NCBI GenBank assembly: GCA_965261595.1 | Contig: CBDHDG010000004.1 | Span: 288,001-352,000, forward strand | Origin: a bacterium | Lineage (GTDB): Bacteria > UBA8248 > JACPRG01 > G963555815 | Direction: 5' to 3' | Length of the DNA stretch: 64,000 nt | Part shown: piece by piece, positions 10,824 to 21,165 of the stretch | How positions within the stretch are numbered: the first letter of the stretch is position 1 | Layout of the letters: each line of letters starts with the position of its first letter | Translations under genes and position numbers: made by a program | The notes under the pieces: generated by a model | What the model was told of the DNA's origin: nothing | The model's database searches: none | Seen by the model: the letters and a program-made list of their open reading frames with translations, nothing else

Positions 10824-11813
10824 CTACAACCGGAACAAAAGCATGGGATTCTGCTCGAAGATCATGGCCTCGTCCTCCGCCGGGAGCCGAAGCTTCTCGA
10901 CAGTCGCCACGGGATCAGGATCTTCGATGGGAAATGGGTAGTCCGTCCCCATCAGGACACGCTCGCGGCCCACAAGCTCGATCAGGTGATTGATGTTGGC
11001 CTGATGATACAACAAGGTGTCATAGTAGAACCAGGACAGGTATTGAACCGGCGATTTCTTCAGACCGCCCCCCATGATTTGGGGGTAGCGTTCATAGCCC
11101 CACTGGAGCCGGCCGATCAGGAAGGGCAGACATCCCCCGCCGTGAACAAGAACGATCTTGAGATCCGGATGCCGGTCCGCGACGCCCCCGAACAGCAGAC
11201 TCGCGGCGGCGAGCGTCGTGTCCAGCGGATTGCCGATCAGGTTGTTGAGGAAATAAGACGTCATCCGGTCATGTCCCGCCACGTTGTAGGGATGAATGAC
11301 GACCGGCGCGCCCATCGACTCGGCCTGCTCCCAGAAAGGATCGAACTCGCGATCATCGAGATTCCTCCCGTCCACGTTGGACGCGATGGCCGCCCCTTTC
11401 AGGCCCAGGTGCTCCACGGCATAGGAGATCTCCTTCGCCGCCCGCTTCCCCGACTGAAGGGGAACCGTCGCCAAACCGGCGAGATGGTCTTTCCCCGCGA
11501 TGTCGGCCGCCAGGGTCTCATTCTGAAGCCGGCACCAGGCCGCGGCTTTCACAGCAGGCAGGGAATAGCCGACGACGTCCAGCCACGTATAGACAAGCTG
11601 GAGATCGATCCGGCGGCTCTCCAGAAGCTCTCTTCGTTCTTCCAGCTCCCTCAGCCTCCGCCTGAGCGGCCTCGTCAGCGGGCCGTCCCCGAACCCAAGA
11701 CACGGATTGCCCTCCTTGTCCCATTCGGTCCGGATGCCGAACCGATCGGGATGCTTCTCGATCTCCGAGATTGCGTCCGGAGCAATATAGTGTCCGTGGG
11801 TGTCGATGATCAT
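10824..11813 (-). CDS. Amidohydrolase_2 family protein (ACMSD-like decarboxylase/hydrolase)
   Basis: IDTHGH, VIHP, VHGGG, YYDTL, MGTDYPF motifs. Confidence 0.88.
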   Translation of the reverse strand: MIIDTHGHYIAPDAISEIEKHPDRFGIRTEWDKEGNPCLGFGDGPLTRPLRRRLRELEERRELLESRRIDLQLVYTWLDVVGYSLPAVKAAAWCRLQNETLAADIAGKDHLAGLATVPLQSGKRAAKEISYAVEHLGLKGAAIASNVDGRNLDDREFDPFWEQAESMGAPVVIHPYNVAGHDRMTSYFLNNLIGNPLDTTLAAASLLFGGVADRHPDLKIVLVHGGGCLPFLIGRLQWGYERYPQIMGGGLKKSPVQYLSWFYYDTLLYHQANINHLIELVGRERVLMGTDYPFPIEDPDPVATVEKLRLPAEDEAMIFEQNPMLLFRL

Positions 11814-11997
11814 CGATTCAATGTCTCCAGAATAAGATCGCCCGCCGGGTTTCGGACCGTCTCAAGTTTATGATACCCATTTTGGAGGGATTTGACACGC
11901 CTGCGGATTCCCGAGCGAATCCCTCAACGAGGCGGGGTTGCGGGAAGAGTCCCGCCGGGGTTATCACCGTCTCCGTCCAACCGGCATTTGGCAGCGT

Positions 11998-12902
11998 ATG
12001 AGCGAACTCTTCCTGGCCCAGATTTTCGCCCTTCTCACGGCCCTCGGCTTTGCCTCCAGCGACGTCGCCGCCCGGTACGGCCTTCGGACCTCGACGCCCG
12101 TCTCGGCCATTCTCATGATGACCGTCATGACCCTCCTCCTGTACGCCCCCGCGGCGGCGGCCGGGTTCCGGTGGGAAGGGTTGAACCTGAAGGGCGCGCT
12201 GATCTTCTTGATTGCGGGCCTGGCCGCTCCCGGAGCGGCCGCCTTCTTTCACTATATGAGCTTCCGGAAAATCGGCCTTGCCCGGACGGTCAGCGTAGCG
12301 GGCTGCACGCCTCTCGTCACGGTGATCTTCGCCGTCCTGGTCTTGGGCGAGAGACCCAAGCCCCTGATTTACGCGGGCACGGTTCTGATTGTGGCGGGTG
12401 TGATGGGGCTGGCGAATGAGCGCAGGTCGACCGCCCACAAAATGGGGGGGAGGGGCGGAAAATCGGTCTGGCACGATTTCATCTTTGCGGCGGGGGCGCT
12501 CTTCTTGTTCTCAACGGCCACGACGCTTCGAAAGGTGGGGATTCAACTGCTCCCCGACTTGAGCATGGCGCTGACGCTTTCAGGACTCGGGAGTCTCCTC
12601 GCCATCGTCTGTTGGTATCCCTTTCTTCCCCGGCGGGAGCGCTTCCGATTCAACCGCGTCAACTTCTGGCAGTTCGCCGCCAGCGGCGTTTTGGCGGCGC
12701 TGGGTCACCTGACGTTCTTCGCCGCCCTGAAGCGCTTGCCCCGCTCTCCAGCGTGGCGCCCCTCATCTTCACAACGCCGTTTTTCGCCGTGTTGTTCTCA
12801 TGGCTGTTCTTCAGAGAGCTGGAGAAGGTGAACGCGCGCGTGGTCGCGGGCGCCCTGTTGATCTGCGCCGGCGCGGCGCTCGTCACAATCTACCGGGGTT
12901 GA
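11998..12902 (+). pseudogene. EamA/DMT family transporter, frameshifted near 12736 (possible sequencing error)
   Basis: Paralog of the 15340 and 16327 genes; frame changes at aagcgcttgccccg where the paralogs read RAPLSS/RAPISA. Confidence 0.8.
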
Positions 12903-13022
12903 CCCGCGTCTCCCGCCGACCCAAACGCCCGGACGAGGCGGGTCGAGTGAAACGGGTGTCTCCCAACGCCCTGTTCGCGACGGGCCATGGATGGGCCGGG
13001 GCGCGAAGCCAAACCGGATCTC

Positions 13023-13355
13023 TCAACTGTTTTTCCGATCGAAGTCCACAATCAGGTCCCGCATGACGGGATGAAGGGCGGTCAGCTCGATCAGCAGAGG
13101 CTTCTGGTCCTTCACCAGGACCTTGCAGGCCAGGGCGTCCCTACCGTTCACCCGGACCCGGCAGGTGCCGCAAAACGTCGCGTGACACGATTGCCTGAAC
13201 CCCAGCCCCGGGTCCATCTCCTCGTAAATGTGGTTGATGATCGACAGGACGTTGTGTCCGCTCTCAAAAGGAACCTCGTACTCATCGAGGCGCCCTTTCC
13301 CCGTCGAGGGATCGAGCTTCCGGATGCGGACGGTGATCGTGTCCTTTCGCTGCAC
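13023..13355 (-). CDS. Stand-alone SdhB/FrdB N-terminal [2Fe-2S] domain protein
   Basis: FRQSCHATFCGTC...LAC and RDLIVD; ends where the SdhB 4Fe-4S domain would begin. Confidence 0.85.
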   Translation of the reverse strand: MQRKDTITVRIRKLDPSTGKGRLDEYEVPFESGHNVLSIINHIYEEMDPGLGFRQSCHATFCGTCRVRVNGRDALACKVLVKDQKPLLIELTALHPVMRDLIVDFDRKNS

Positions 13356-13379
13356 GAATCGGGCCTCCGTTCGACCGGC

Positions 13380-15131
13380 TCATGCCTGGGTCGCGGCGCT
13401 TTCAGGGCGAAGACGGGAAAGGACCGCGTCCCTCGGCGTGAACCTCATTTCGTCGCCTTCCTTGTGAATCAATATGTTTTTCAGCCAATTCACATTGTCG
13501 GTCTCCGGGAAGTCTTCGCGAGCGTGAGACCCCCGGGTCTCTTCACGCAAAAGGGAAGCCCCGGTGATCATCTCTCCCACCACGAGCAGATTATCGAGCG
13601 TCAGGGCCTCGTGAAGGACCCGATCGAACGTCGGTCCCGTGGGGGTGAAGCCGATCGGCGTTTCCCTGACCTCCCGCAAGACCTCTTGGGCCTTCTTCAA
13701 CTGCTCGCCCAAATGCACGACGTTCACGTTCTCTCCGAAGGTCTCCTGAATCCGCTTGCGCAGCTCGACGGGATGGACGCCCCGGTCCCCTTCCCCGCCG
13801 GCCATCAGCTTCCGGACCCGTTCCGCCTCTTCGCCGACGAACGCGGCGTTCGCCTCCGGCGCCTCCCCCTTTTCCCCGTGGCGAAGGGCCGAGCGGCCCG
13901 CCCAGACCCCGGTCACCATCGCCAGGCTCAGGGCGTTTCCCGCGATGCGATTGGCCCCGCTGATGCCCGCAACGGCCTCTCCCGCCGCGAACAATCCGGG
14001 GACCCGAGTGCGGGCTTCGGTGTCGATCACCATGCCCCCCATGTAGTAGTGGGCAGCCGGGGCGATCTCCATGGCCACCTTCCGGGGGTCCAGGCCATAG
14101 GCCAGCAGGTCAACGCCTTCCCAGTTCCACTTCCCCCCGCAGTACTTCTTCACCTGCTCTTCGAGGAAGTTGGGGGCCATGTGGGTGGCGTCGAGCCATA
14201 CGCCGCCATGGGGGCTGCCGCGGCCCTCTCGGATCTCGGTATAGATCGCGCGGCAGATCACGTCCCGCGTCGCCCGCTCGAGCGCGACGGGGTCGTAGTG
14301 GACCATGAACCGCTCTCCCAGGGAGTTGTACATGACGGCCCCCATCCAGTAGCGGGGCGGGGTGCATGGACCGACGTTTCCCACGACCCCGGGAGGATAG
14401 GCCATGGCCGGGAAAAACTGGACGAATTCCATGTCCGAGAGCTCGGCGCCCGCCCGATAGGCCAGGGCATAGCCGTCTCCCGTGGCCTCGTGGGTCCCGG
14501 TGTGCAGGGGGTGGATGAAAGATGCGCCCCCGGCCGCGATGACGGTCGCCTTCGCCCGGATGACCACGAGGCCGCCCGTCTGCATGTCCACGACAAAGGC
14601 CCCCGTGACACCCGAGCCGTCCTTTGCGGTCATCAGGTTGGTGACGAAATGATAGTTCAGAACGCGGGTGTTCGCGCGGCGCCCGACCGCCCTCTTCAGC
14701 ATCTTGGCCAGGTGGAAGCCCGTCCGGTAGTTGATGTGGAGGGAGCGGGGAAACCGGCAGCCCGGCGTCTTGGTGCAGTCGAAATTACCGTCCTTCAGGT
14801 CCCACTTGATCCCGTTCTCGAACAACAGCCGGACCACCTCGGGGGCGTCCCGGGCGTACTGCCATATGAGATCCTGGTTGCCCATGTACCGGCCGGCGAT
14901 GACCGTATCCTCAAAGTGGCGCTCCGGCGTATCCCGCCCGTCCGGATGACCCACGGCGGCGTTGACCGAGTAACCCCCGAGCTGCGTCGCCCCGCTTCCT
15001 CCCTGGAGGCCTTTGGTCACAATCATGATTTCCCGGTCCCCGGCGTCGGCCGCCAAAGGAATACAGGCGCCCGCGCATTCAGAACCAATCACCAGAACAT
15101 CAGTCGCGAGCTCCTTGACCTCCGCGCCCAT
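13380..15131 (-). CDS. SdhA/FrdA/NadB-family flavoprotein with divergent motifs
   Basis: TGDGYALAYRAGA, DMEFVQFFP, TRDVICRA, AHYYMGG, AAGEA, GANRIAGNAL, REETRGSHAREDFP; AAGGAG RBS before ATG at 15131. Confidence 0.88.
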   Translation of the reverse strand: MGAEVKELATDVLVIGSECAGACIPLAADAGDREIMIVTKGLQGGSGATQLGGYSVNAAVGHPDGRDTPERHFEDTVIAGRYMGNQDLIWQYARDAPEVVRLLFENGIKWDLKDGNFDCTKTPGCRFPRSLHINYRTGFHLAKMLKRAVGRRANTRVLNYHFVTNLMTAKDGSGVTGAFVVDMQTGGLVVIRAKATVIAAGGASFIHPLHTGTHEATGDGYALAYRAGAELSDMEFVQFFPAMAYPPGVVGNVGPCTPPRYWMGAVMYNSLGERFMVHYDPVALERATRDVICRAIYTEIREGRGSPHGGVWLDATHMAPNFLEEQVKKYCGGKWNWEGVDLLAYGLDPRKVAMEIAPAAHYYMGGMVIDTEARTRVPGLFAAGEAVAGISGANRIAGNALSLAMVTGVWAGRSALRHGEKGEAPEANAAFVGEEAERVRKLMAGGEGDRGVHPVELRKRIQETFGENVNVVHLGEQLKKAQEVLREVRETPIGFTPTGPTFDRVLHEALTLDNLLVVGEMITGASLLREETRGSHAREDFPETDNVNWLKNILIHKEGDEMRFTPRDAVLSRLRPESAATQA

Positions 15132-15156
15132 CACTGAACTCCTTATCGTGGGATCG

Positions 15157-15183
15157 CCTCGAAGGCCATTCGCGCCTTCGAGG
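15157..15183. promoter_or_regulatory. 10-bp perfect hairpin in the divergent intergenic region, just upstream of the flavoprotein RBS
   Basis: cctcgaaggc-cattcgc-gccttcgagg. Confidence 0.45.
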
Positions 15184-15339
15184 GGCATTTTGGAGCAAAA
15201 GCGCTCCCCGCGAAACCCTCTCTTTCCATATGAGACAGAATATCGTTCACATGTTTCTGGTAAGCTTTCTCTTCTTGCTCCGCTCAGGGGGGCGACAAAA
15301 TCGCGGAGATTATCGCTCTTCCCTTGATCACGAGGGGTC

Positions 15340-16242
15340 ATGACGACGCTTCTGGCGGCTCAGATCTTCGCGCTCCTGACGGCTTTCGGGTTGACCACGT
15401 GTGACGCGGTCGCCCGGTACGGCCTGCGCTCATCGACGCCCGTGACCGCCATCGTCACCTTGGCGGGCGTGACGATTCTCCTGTACGCTCCGGCCGCGGC
15501 GGGGGCGTTCATCGCCCGGGAGGTGAACCCGTGGGGTTTCCTCATCCTGGTGTGCGCGGGCGCGGCCGCCCCCGGGCTGGGGGGGGTCTTCTTCTATATG
15601 AGCTTTCAACGGGTAGGAATGGCGCGCACCGCTTCCTTCGCGGGCGCCTCGCCCCTGGTGGCCTTGCTGATCGCCGTGACCCTGATGGGCGAAAGACCGG
15701 ACCCCTGGACATACGTGGGGACGGGCCTGATTGTCGGCGGGGTGATGGTTCTGTCCAGTGAGCATCGGCTCGCCGCGCTCCCTGAAAAGGGGGGGGGGAA
15801 TCAGCCGTTCTGGCGGGCGTACACCCCGGCGGCGGCGGCCATGCTCCTGTTCGCGGTGGCCGCGGCGCTTCGAAAGATGGGCGTCGTCAGGGTTCCCTCG
15901 CTGAGCGTCGCCCTTTGCGCCGCTTCCATCGGCGTCCTCGGGGCGACCCTTTTTCTCCAGCGGTTTCTTCCGGAGGGAAGCCGCATCCGGTTCACCCGCC
16001 AGAGCGTCGGCTGGTTCGCCGCGAGCGGGGCGATTAACAGCCTGGCCCATTTCTCCTTCTTCTCCGCCCTTCAGCGGGCGCCGCTTTCCAGCGTGGTCTC
16101 TCTGGTCTATGTTTCTCCGTTGTTCGCACTGGGCTACTCCTGGCTCCTGTTCAGAAAGGTGGAGCGTTTGAACATCCGCATCTTGGCGGGGGCCCTGCTG
16201 ATTTGCGCGGGAGCGGTCGTCGTCACCCAGACGCGGGGTTGA
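15340..16242 (+). CDS. EamA/DMT family transporter
   Basis: About 10 hydrophobic segments in two repeats; LMGERP; SPLFAL. Confidence 0.88.
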   Translation: MTTLLAAQIFALLTAFGLTTCDAVARYGLRSSTPVTAIVTLAGVTILLYAPAAAGAFIAREVNPWGFLILVCAGAAAPGLGGVFFYMSFQRVGMARTASFAGASPLVALLIAVTLMGERPDPWTYVGTGLIVGGVMVLSSEHRLAALPEKGGGNQPFWRAYTPAAAAMLLFAVAAALRKMGVVRVPSLSVALCAASIGVLGATLFLQRFLPEGSRIRFTRQSVGWFAASGAINSLAHFSFFSALQRAPLSSVVSLVYVSPLFALGYSWLLFRKVERLNIRILAGALLICAGAVVVTQTRG

Positions 16243-16326
16243 AAATCCCGCCGGCGGCATCCTCATTCACGGCAGGCGATTCAACGTGAGAATCCACGGA
16301 CCGCTCATACCCGGGAATCGGAACGC

Positions 16327-17223
16327 ATGAGTCCACTATTGACCGCTCAGCTCCTGGCCATCCTGACGGCCTTCGGGTACGCCTCGTCGTCCACGGCCGC
16401 CCGTTTCGGCATGCGCACGTCGAACCCCATCACGGCCATCCTGACGTTGGTGTGGATCACCCTGCTCCTGTACAGCCCGGCGGCGATCCACGCCCTGCGG
16501 ACCGCGCCGGTGGACACGCGGGGGATCCTGTGGCTGGCGGCGGCGGGGATGGCGGCCCCGGGGCTGGCCGGGACTTGGCATTATATGGGCATCCGGCAGA
16601 TCGGCCTCTCCCGCTCAACCTCCATTGTGGGCTCCTCACCCCTGTTCGCGGTGATCATCGCCGTCTTGGTTCTGGGCGAAAACGCGAGGCCGCTGATCTA
16701 CGCGGGGACGCTTCTGATCATGGCCGGCATCACGTTGTTGTCGCACGAGCGGAAATCCGCCTCCGACGCGGGGAACAAACGCCGTCCCTTCTGGAGCGGT
16801 TTTCTCTACGCCTCGGGAGCGGCCTTCATGTTCGGCGTGGCGGGCGTGCTCCGCAAGGCGGGCATCACGCTGATCCCGTCTGTGAGCGTGGCCCTGTGCG
16901 CCGCGGCCATCGGGGCGCTCGCCGCCATATTGCTCTGGAACCCGTTCCTTCCCCCAGAGGACCGCATCCGTTACGGACGCAAGAACATCGGCTACTTTCT
17001 CATCAGCGCGACGATCAACAGCCTGGCGCACTTCGCCTATTTCAACGCCCTGAAACGGGCGCCGATTTCCGCCGTGGTGCCCCTGGCCTACACGACGCCG
17101 CTGTTCGCCCTGGTCTTCTCGTGGCTGTTCTTCCGGAAGATGGAGCAACTGAACGCCCGCGTGATCGCCGGGGCCGTCCTGGTTTGCGGCGGCGCGGCCC
17201 TGGTGACCCTGTCGCGGGGATGA
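16327..17223 (+). CDS. EamA/DMT family transporter
   Basis: Paralog of the preceding gene; VLGENARP; TPLFAL. Confidence 0.88.
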   Translation: MSPLLTAQLLAILTAFGYASSSTAARFGMRTSNPITAILTLVWITLLLYSPAAIHALRTAPVDTRGILWLAAAGMAAPGLAGTWHYMGIRQIGLSRSTSIVGSSPLFAVIIAVLVLGENARPLIYAGTLLIMAGITLLSHERKSASDAGNKRRPFWSGFLYASGAAFMFGVAGVLRKAGITLIPSVSVALCAAAIGALAAILLWNPFLPPEDRIRYGRKNIGYFLISATINSLAHFAYFNALKRAPISAVVPLAYTTPLFALVFSWLFFRKMEQLNARVIAGAVLVCGGAALVTLSRG

Positions 17224-17259
17224 AGGACGCGAGTGCGCCCCGCCCCGCCCCGGATCCGC

Positions 17260-17288
17260 TTGCCGAGACACCGGCCGATTCCTATAAT
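17260..17288 (+). promoter_or_regulatory. Sigma70-type promoter for the hydantoinase operon
   Basis: TTGCCG - 17 nt - TATAAT, 65 nt before the start codon. Confidence 0.7.
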
Positions 17289-17353
17289 TATCGATTCAGG
17301 GCCGCCATTCGGCCCATCGCCTCTTTTTTTCCGACCTGATTCCGAGGCCGCCA

Positions 17354-19459
17354 TTGAGCAAAGTCGAACCGAACGGATACCGCTACCGCCTGGGCGTGGA
17401 TATCGGCGGGACCTTCACCGACGTGGTCCTCCTCGACACCGAGGCGCAGCGCACGTACGTGGGAAAGGTCCTGACTACGCCGGACTCCCCGGCCGACGCG
17501 GTGATCGAAGGGTTGCGGAAGATCCTGTCCGAGCACAAGGCGCCGCCCGAGGCCATCGACAACCCCATCCACGGCACGACCCTTGTGACCAACGCCATCA
17601 TCGAGCGAAACGGGGCCAAGACGGCCTTAATCACAACGAAGGGCTTTCGCGACGCCGTGGAGATCGGGACCGAGAAGCGCTACGACCTGTTCGACCTCTT
17701 CATGGAGAAACCCGAGCCGCTGGCCCCGCGCGCCCTCCGCTTCGAGGTGACCGAGCGCCTCGATCCGGACGGAAACGTCCTCACGCCCCTGGACGAGGCC
17801 GAGGCCAAGGATGTCATCGGCGGACTCCGGAACATGGGCGTCGAGGCCATCGCGGTCACGCTCCTGCATTCCTTCCTGAATCCCGCCCACGAGCGGCGCA
17901 TTGAAGCGCTCATCCGGGAACAGGACCCGGCGATCCTCACGTCCATCTCATCGGAGGTGTCACCGGAGATCCGGGAGCACCCGCGCACCTCGACGACCCT
18001 GGCCAACGCCTATGTCCGGCCCCTCATACGGACGTACCTGGAGCTCCTCTCCCGCCGCATCCGCGACGAAGGGATCCGGACCGAGCTTTACATCATGCTC
18101 TCCAACGGCGGGATCGCCACGGTGGAGACCGCCGAGTCCTTCCCAATCCGGCTCATCGAATCCGGCCCGGCGGCCGGGGCCATGGCGGCGGCGCACATCG
18201 GCAACCAGCTTGCCCTCAAGGACCTCATCTCCTTCGATATGGGCGGCACGACGGCGAAAACCTGCTTCATCGAGAACGGAAGACCCACGACGGTGACCGA
18301 GTTCGATGTGGCGCGGGTCTATCAGTTCAGAAAGGGCAGCGGTCTTCCCGTCAAGGTCCCGGTCATCGACATGATCGAGATCGGCGCCGGGGGCGGCAGC
18401 ATCGCGCGGGTGGATGATCTGGGGCTGTTGAAGGTGGGTCCCCAGAGCGCCGGCGCGAACCCCGGCCCCGCCTGCTACGGCCAGGGCGGCGACCGCCCCA
18501 CCGTCACCGATGCCGACCTCCTCCTGGGCTACATGAACCCGGATTTTTTCCTCGGCGGCGAGATGAACCTGGATGTGGACGCGGCGCGGTCCGCGATGGA
18601 CCGGCTCGCGCGGACCCTCGGACTCGAAGGCCTTCAGACGGCCTGGGGCGTCCACGAAGTGGTCAACGAGAACATGGCCAACGCCGCGCGGATCCACGGC
18701 ATCGAGAAAGGCAAGGACGTCCAAAAGTACGCCCTGATGGCCTTCGGCGGGGCCGGCCCGATCCACGCGGTCCACGTCGCCGAAAAACTGCGGCTCGGCA
18801 CCCTCATCAGCCCGCCCGGCGCGGGAACGCTCTCGGCGCTCGGGATGCTCACCGCCCCCATTTCGTTCGATTTCGTCCGGACGAAGATCATGAAGCTCGA
18901 TGCCCTGGACCCGGACGAGCTGAACGCGATCTTCGACGAGATGCGGGCCGAGGGCCGGGCCCTGCTCGAGCGCTCGAGCGTCCCGGCCGGCGAGATGAAT
19001 TTCCTCCACTCCGCCGACATGCGGTACGAGGGCCAGGGGTATGAGATCCAGGTCCCCCTGCCGGGCGAAGAGATGTCCGCCGAAGACATGGACCGAATCC
19101 GCGAGAGCTTCGAGGATTCCTACAAAGCCATCTACCAGCGCCTCGGCCCCAAGGTGCCGGTGGAGGCCCTCAACTGGCGGCTGGTGGCGTCGGGCGCAAC
19201 ACCCGACCTGGACCTCCGCCCCGCCAACCGCGCCCGGCGCCCGGCGGCGGACGCGAAGAAAGACCCCCGGCCTGTGTATTTCCCGGCCTGGGAGGAGAAA
19301 CGGGCGTGCGACATCTACGACCGGACCCGCCTCACGCCCGGCGCGGAGATTCCGGGCCCGGCCGTGGTCGAAGAATCGGAATCCACGGTGATCGTCCCAC
19401 CCGCCTGGGACGCGCGGGTGGATGAGTTCTATCATCTCGTGCTGCAGAGGAAACCATGA
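17354..19459 (+). CDS. hyuA: Hydantoinase A / 5-oxoprolinase family, ATP-binding subunit
   Basis: GVDIGGTFTD, HGTTLVTNA, ESGPAAG, DMGGTTAK, IGAGGGS, PTVTDA, FGGAGP. Confidence 0.9.
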   Translation: MSKVEPNGYRYRLGVDIGGTFTDVVLLDTEAQRTYVGKVLTTPDSPADAVIEGLRKILSEHKAPPEAIDNPIHGTTLVTNAIIERNGAKTALITTKGFRDAVEIGTEKRYDLFDLFMEKPEPLAPRALRFEVTERLDPDGNVLTPLDEAEAKDVIGGLRNMGVEAIAVTLLHSFLNPAHERRIEALIREQDPAILTSISSEVSPEIREHPRTSTTLANAYVRPLIRTYLELLSRRIRDEGIRTELYIMLSNGGIATVETAESFPIRLIESGPAAGAMAAAHIGNQLALKDLISFDMGGTTAKTCFIENGRPTTVTEFDVARVYQFRKGSGLPVKVPVIDMIEIGAGGGSIARVDDLGLLKVGPQSAGANPGPACYGQGGDRPTVTDADLLLGYMNPDFFLGGEMNLDVDAARSAMDRLARTLGLEGLQTAWGVHEVVNENMANAARIHGIEKGKDVQKYALMAFGGAGPIHAVHVAEKLRLGTLISPPGAGTLSALGMLTAPISFDFVRTKIMKLDALDPDELNAIFDEMRAEGRALLERSSVPAGEMNFLHSADMRYEGQGYEIQVPLPGEEMSAEDMDRIRESFEDSYKAIYQRLGPKVPVEALNWRLVASGATPDLDLRPANRARRPAADAKKDPRPVYFPAWEEKRACDIYDRTRLTPGAEIPGPAVVEESESTVIVPPAWDARVDEFYHLVLQRKP

Positions 19460-21165
19460 GCGGCGTGACGACGGAAATCGATCCCATCCGGCTGGAGGTC
19501 ATCTGGAACCGGCTCATCTCCATCGTGGATGAGCAAGCGGCGGCCCTGGTCAACGCCTCCTTCACAACGGTGGTCCGGGAGGCGGGCGACCTCTCGGGGG
19601 GTTTGTTCGACACCCGAGGCCGGATGCTGGCCCAGGCCGCCACGGGAACGCCCGGCCACATCAACTCGATGGCGACCGCGGCCAAGCACTTTCTGAAGCA
19701 TTTTCCCCTGGAGACCTATCGGCCGGGCGACCATGTCTGCACCAACGACGCCTGGATGGTCTCGGGCCACCTGAACGACATCACGATCTTCTCCCCGGTC
19801 TTTTACAAGGGCGCGCCCGTCGCCTTTTTCGCCTGCACGTGCCACACGTGCGACTTCGGGGGGCGGCCCCTGGGGGCGGAGGCCCGCGACGTGTACGAAG
19901 AGGGACTCGCCATCCCCATCATGAAGTACATCGACGCCGGCGAGCCCAACCACATCCTAGAAACGATGATCCGGGCGAACGTCCGGATGCCGGACGAGGT
20001 GATCGGCGACATCTACGCGCAAATCTCGGCCAACGAGGTGGGCGGGAGCAAACTGGTCCAGTTCATGGAGGAGGCGGGGCTGGATTCCATCGACCCCACC
20101 GGCGAGATCATCCTGGAGCGATCGGAGACCGCGATGCGCAACGCCATCCGGGAGATCCCCGACGGCGTGTACGCGGGCGAGGCGGAAGCCGACGGTTTCG
20201 ATGACCCGATCCACCTGGCCCTCGCGCTCACGGTGAAGGACGGCGGGGTTCACTGCGACTTCGAGGGCACGTCGCCGCAAAGCGCCTGGGGGATCAACGT
20301 CGTCGAGAACTACACGTACGCCTACTGCGCGTATACGGTGAAGTGCGCGGTGGGCGTGGCGATTCCGAACAACGAAGGCAGCTTCCAGCCCGTCACCATG
20401 TCGGTTCCCGAAGGGTGCATCCTCAACCCGAGACATCCGGCCCCGGTGGGCGCCCGGCACATCCTCGGGCACTTCGTGGCGGCGGCCGTCTTCCACGCCC
20501 TCGCCCGGGCCATCCCCGACAAGGTGCTGGCCGAGGGCTCGACGGGGCTCTGGCTCACGCAGCTCGCCGGGACCGACCGCAAGGGCAAGACATTCAGCTA
20601 CATCTTCTTCTCCTCGGGGGGAATGGGAGCGCGGCCCACCTCCGACGGGCTCTCGGCGACGGCCTTCCCGAGCGGGGTGCAGGGGACGCCGGTGGAAATC
20701 ATGGAGAACGTCCTCCCCCTGCTCTTCACCCGCAAGGAGCTCCGGCGGGATTCGGGCGGACCGGGCGGCTTCCGAGGCGGCCTGGGCCAGACCATCGGCC
20801 TCCGGTCGAGGACGGAGACGCCCATCCACCACTCTCCCATGTACGACCGTTTTCACCATCAAGCCAAAGGCGAGGCCGGGGGCATGGACGGCGAGATCGG
20901 AAGCCTGATCCTCTCCACCGGCGAGCGCCTGCACTCGAAGAAAAGGTACGCGCTCCCGCCCGATCAAGAGACCACGCTCAACCTTCCCGGCGGGGGCGGC
21001 TTCTATCCCCCGACCGAAAGGGACCCGGAGCGGGTCCGGCGGGATGTCATCAACGATTACGTCACGAAAGAATCGGCGGAGCGGGATTACGGCGTGGTGT
21101 TGAACGGCGACTTGACGGTGAACCTGGAAGCGACGGAACGAAAACGCGGACAAGGAGATGACTGA
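19456..21165 (+). CDS. hyuB: Hydantoinase B / oxoprolinase family subunit
   Basis: IDPIRLEVIWNRL, GHLNDI, EEGLAIP, DSGGPGGFRGGLG, PGGGGF; ATGA overlap with hyuA. Confidence 0.9.
   Translation: MSGVTTEIDPIRLEVIWNRLISIVDEQAAALVNASFTTVVREAGDLSGGLFDTRGRMLAQAATGTPGHINSMATAAKHFLKHFPLETYRPGDHVCTNDAWMVSGHLNDITIFSPVFYKGAPVAFFACTCHTCDFGGRPLGAEARDVYEEGLAIPIMKYIDAGEPNHILETMIRANVRMPDEVIGDIYAQISANEVGGSKLVQFMEEAGLDSIDPTGEIILERSETAMRNAIREIPDGVYAGEAEADGFDDPIHLALALTVKDGGVHCDFEGTSPQSAWGINVVENYTYAYCAYTVKCAVGVAIPNNEGSFQPVTMSVPEGCILNPRHPAPVGARHILGHFVAAAVFHALARAIPDKVLAEGSTGLWLTQLAGTDRKGKTFSYIFFSSGGMGARPTSDGLSATAFPSGVQGTPVEIMENVLPLLFTRKELRRDSGGPGGFRGGLGQTIGLRSRTETPIHHSPMYDRFHHQAKGEAGGMDGEIGSLILSTGERLHSKKRYALPPDQETTLNLPGGGGFYPPTERDPERVRRDVINDYVTKESAERDYGVVLNGDLTVNLEATERKRGQGDD

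Noticed and set aside
13023..15131. Respiratory succinate dehydrogenase / fumarate reductase
   Set aside because: No covalent-FAD His, catalytic His replaced, FeS subunit is only one domain, no anchor subunits
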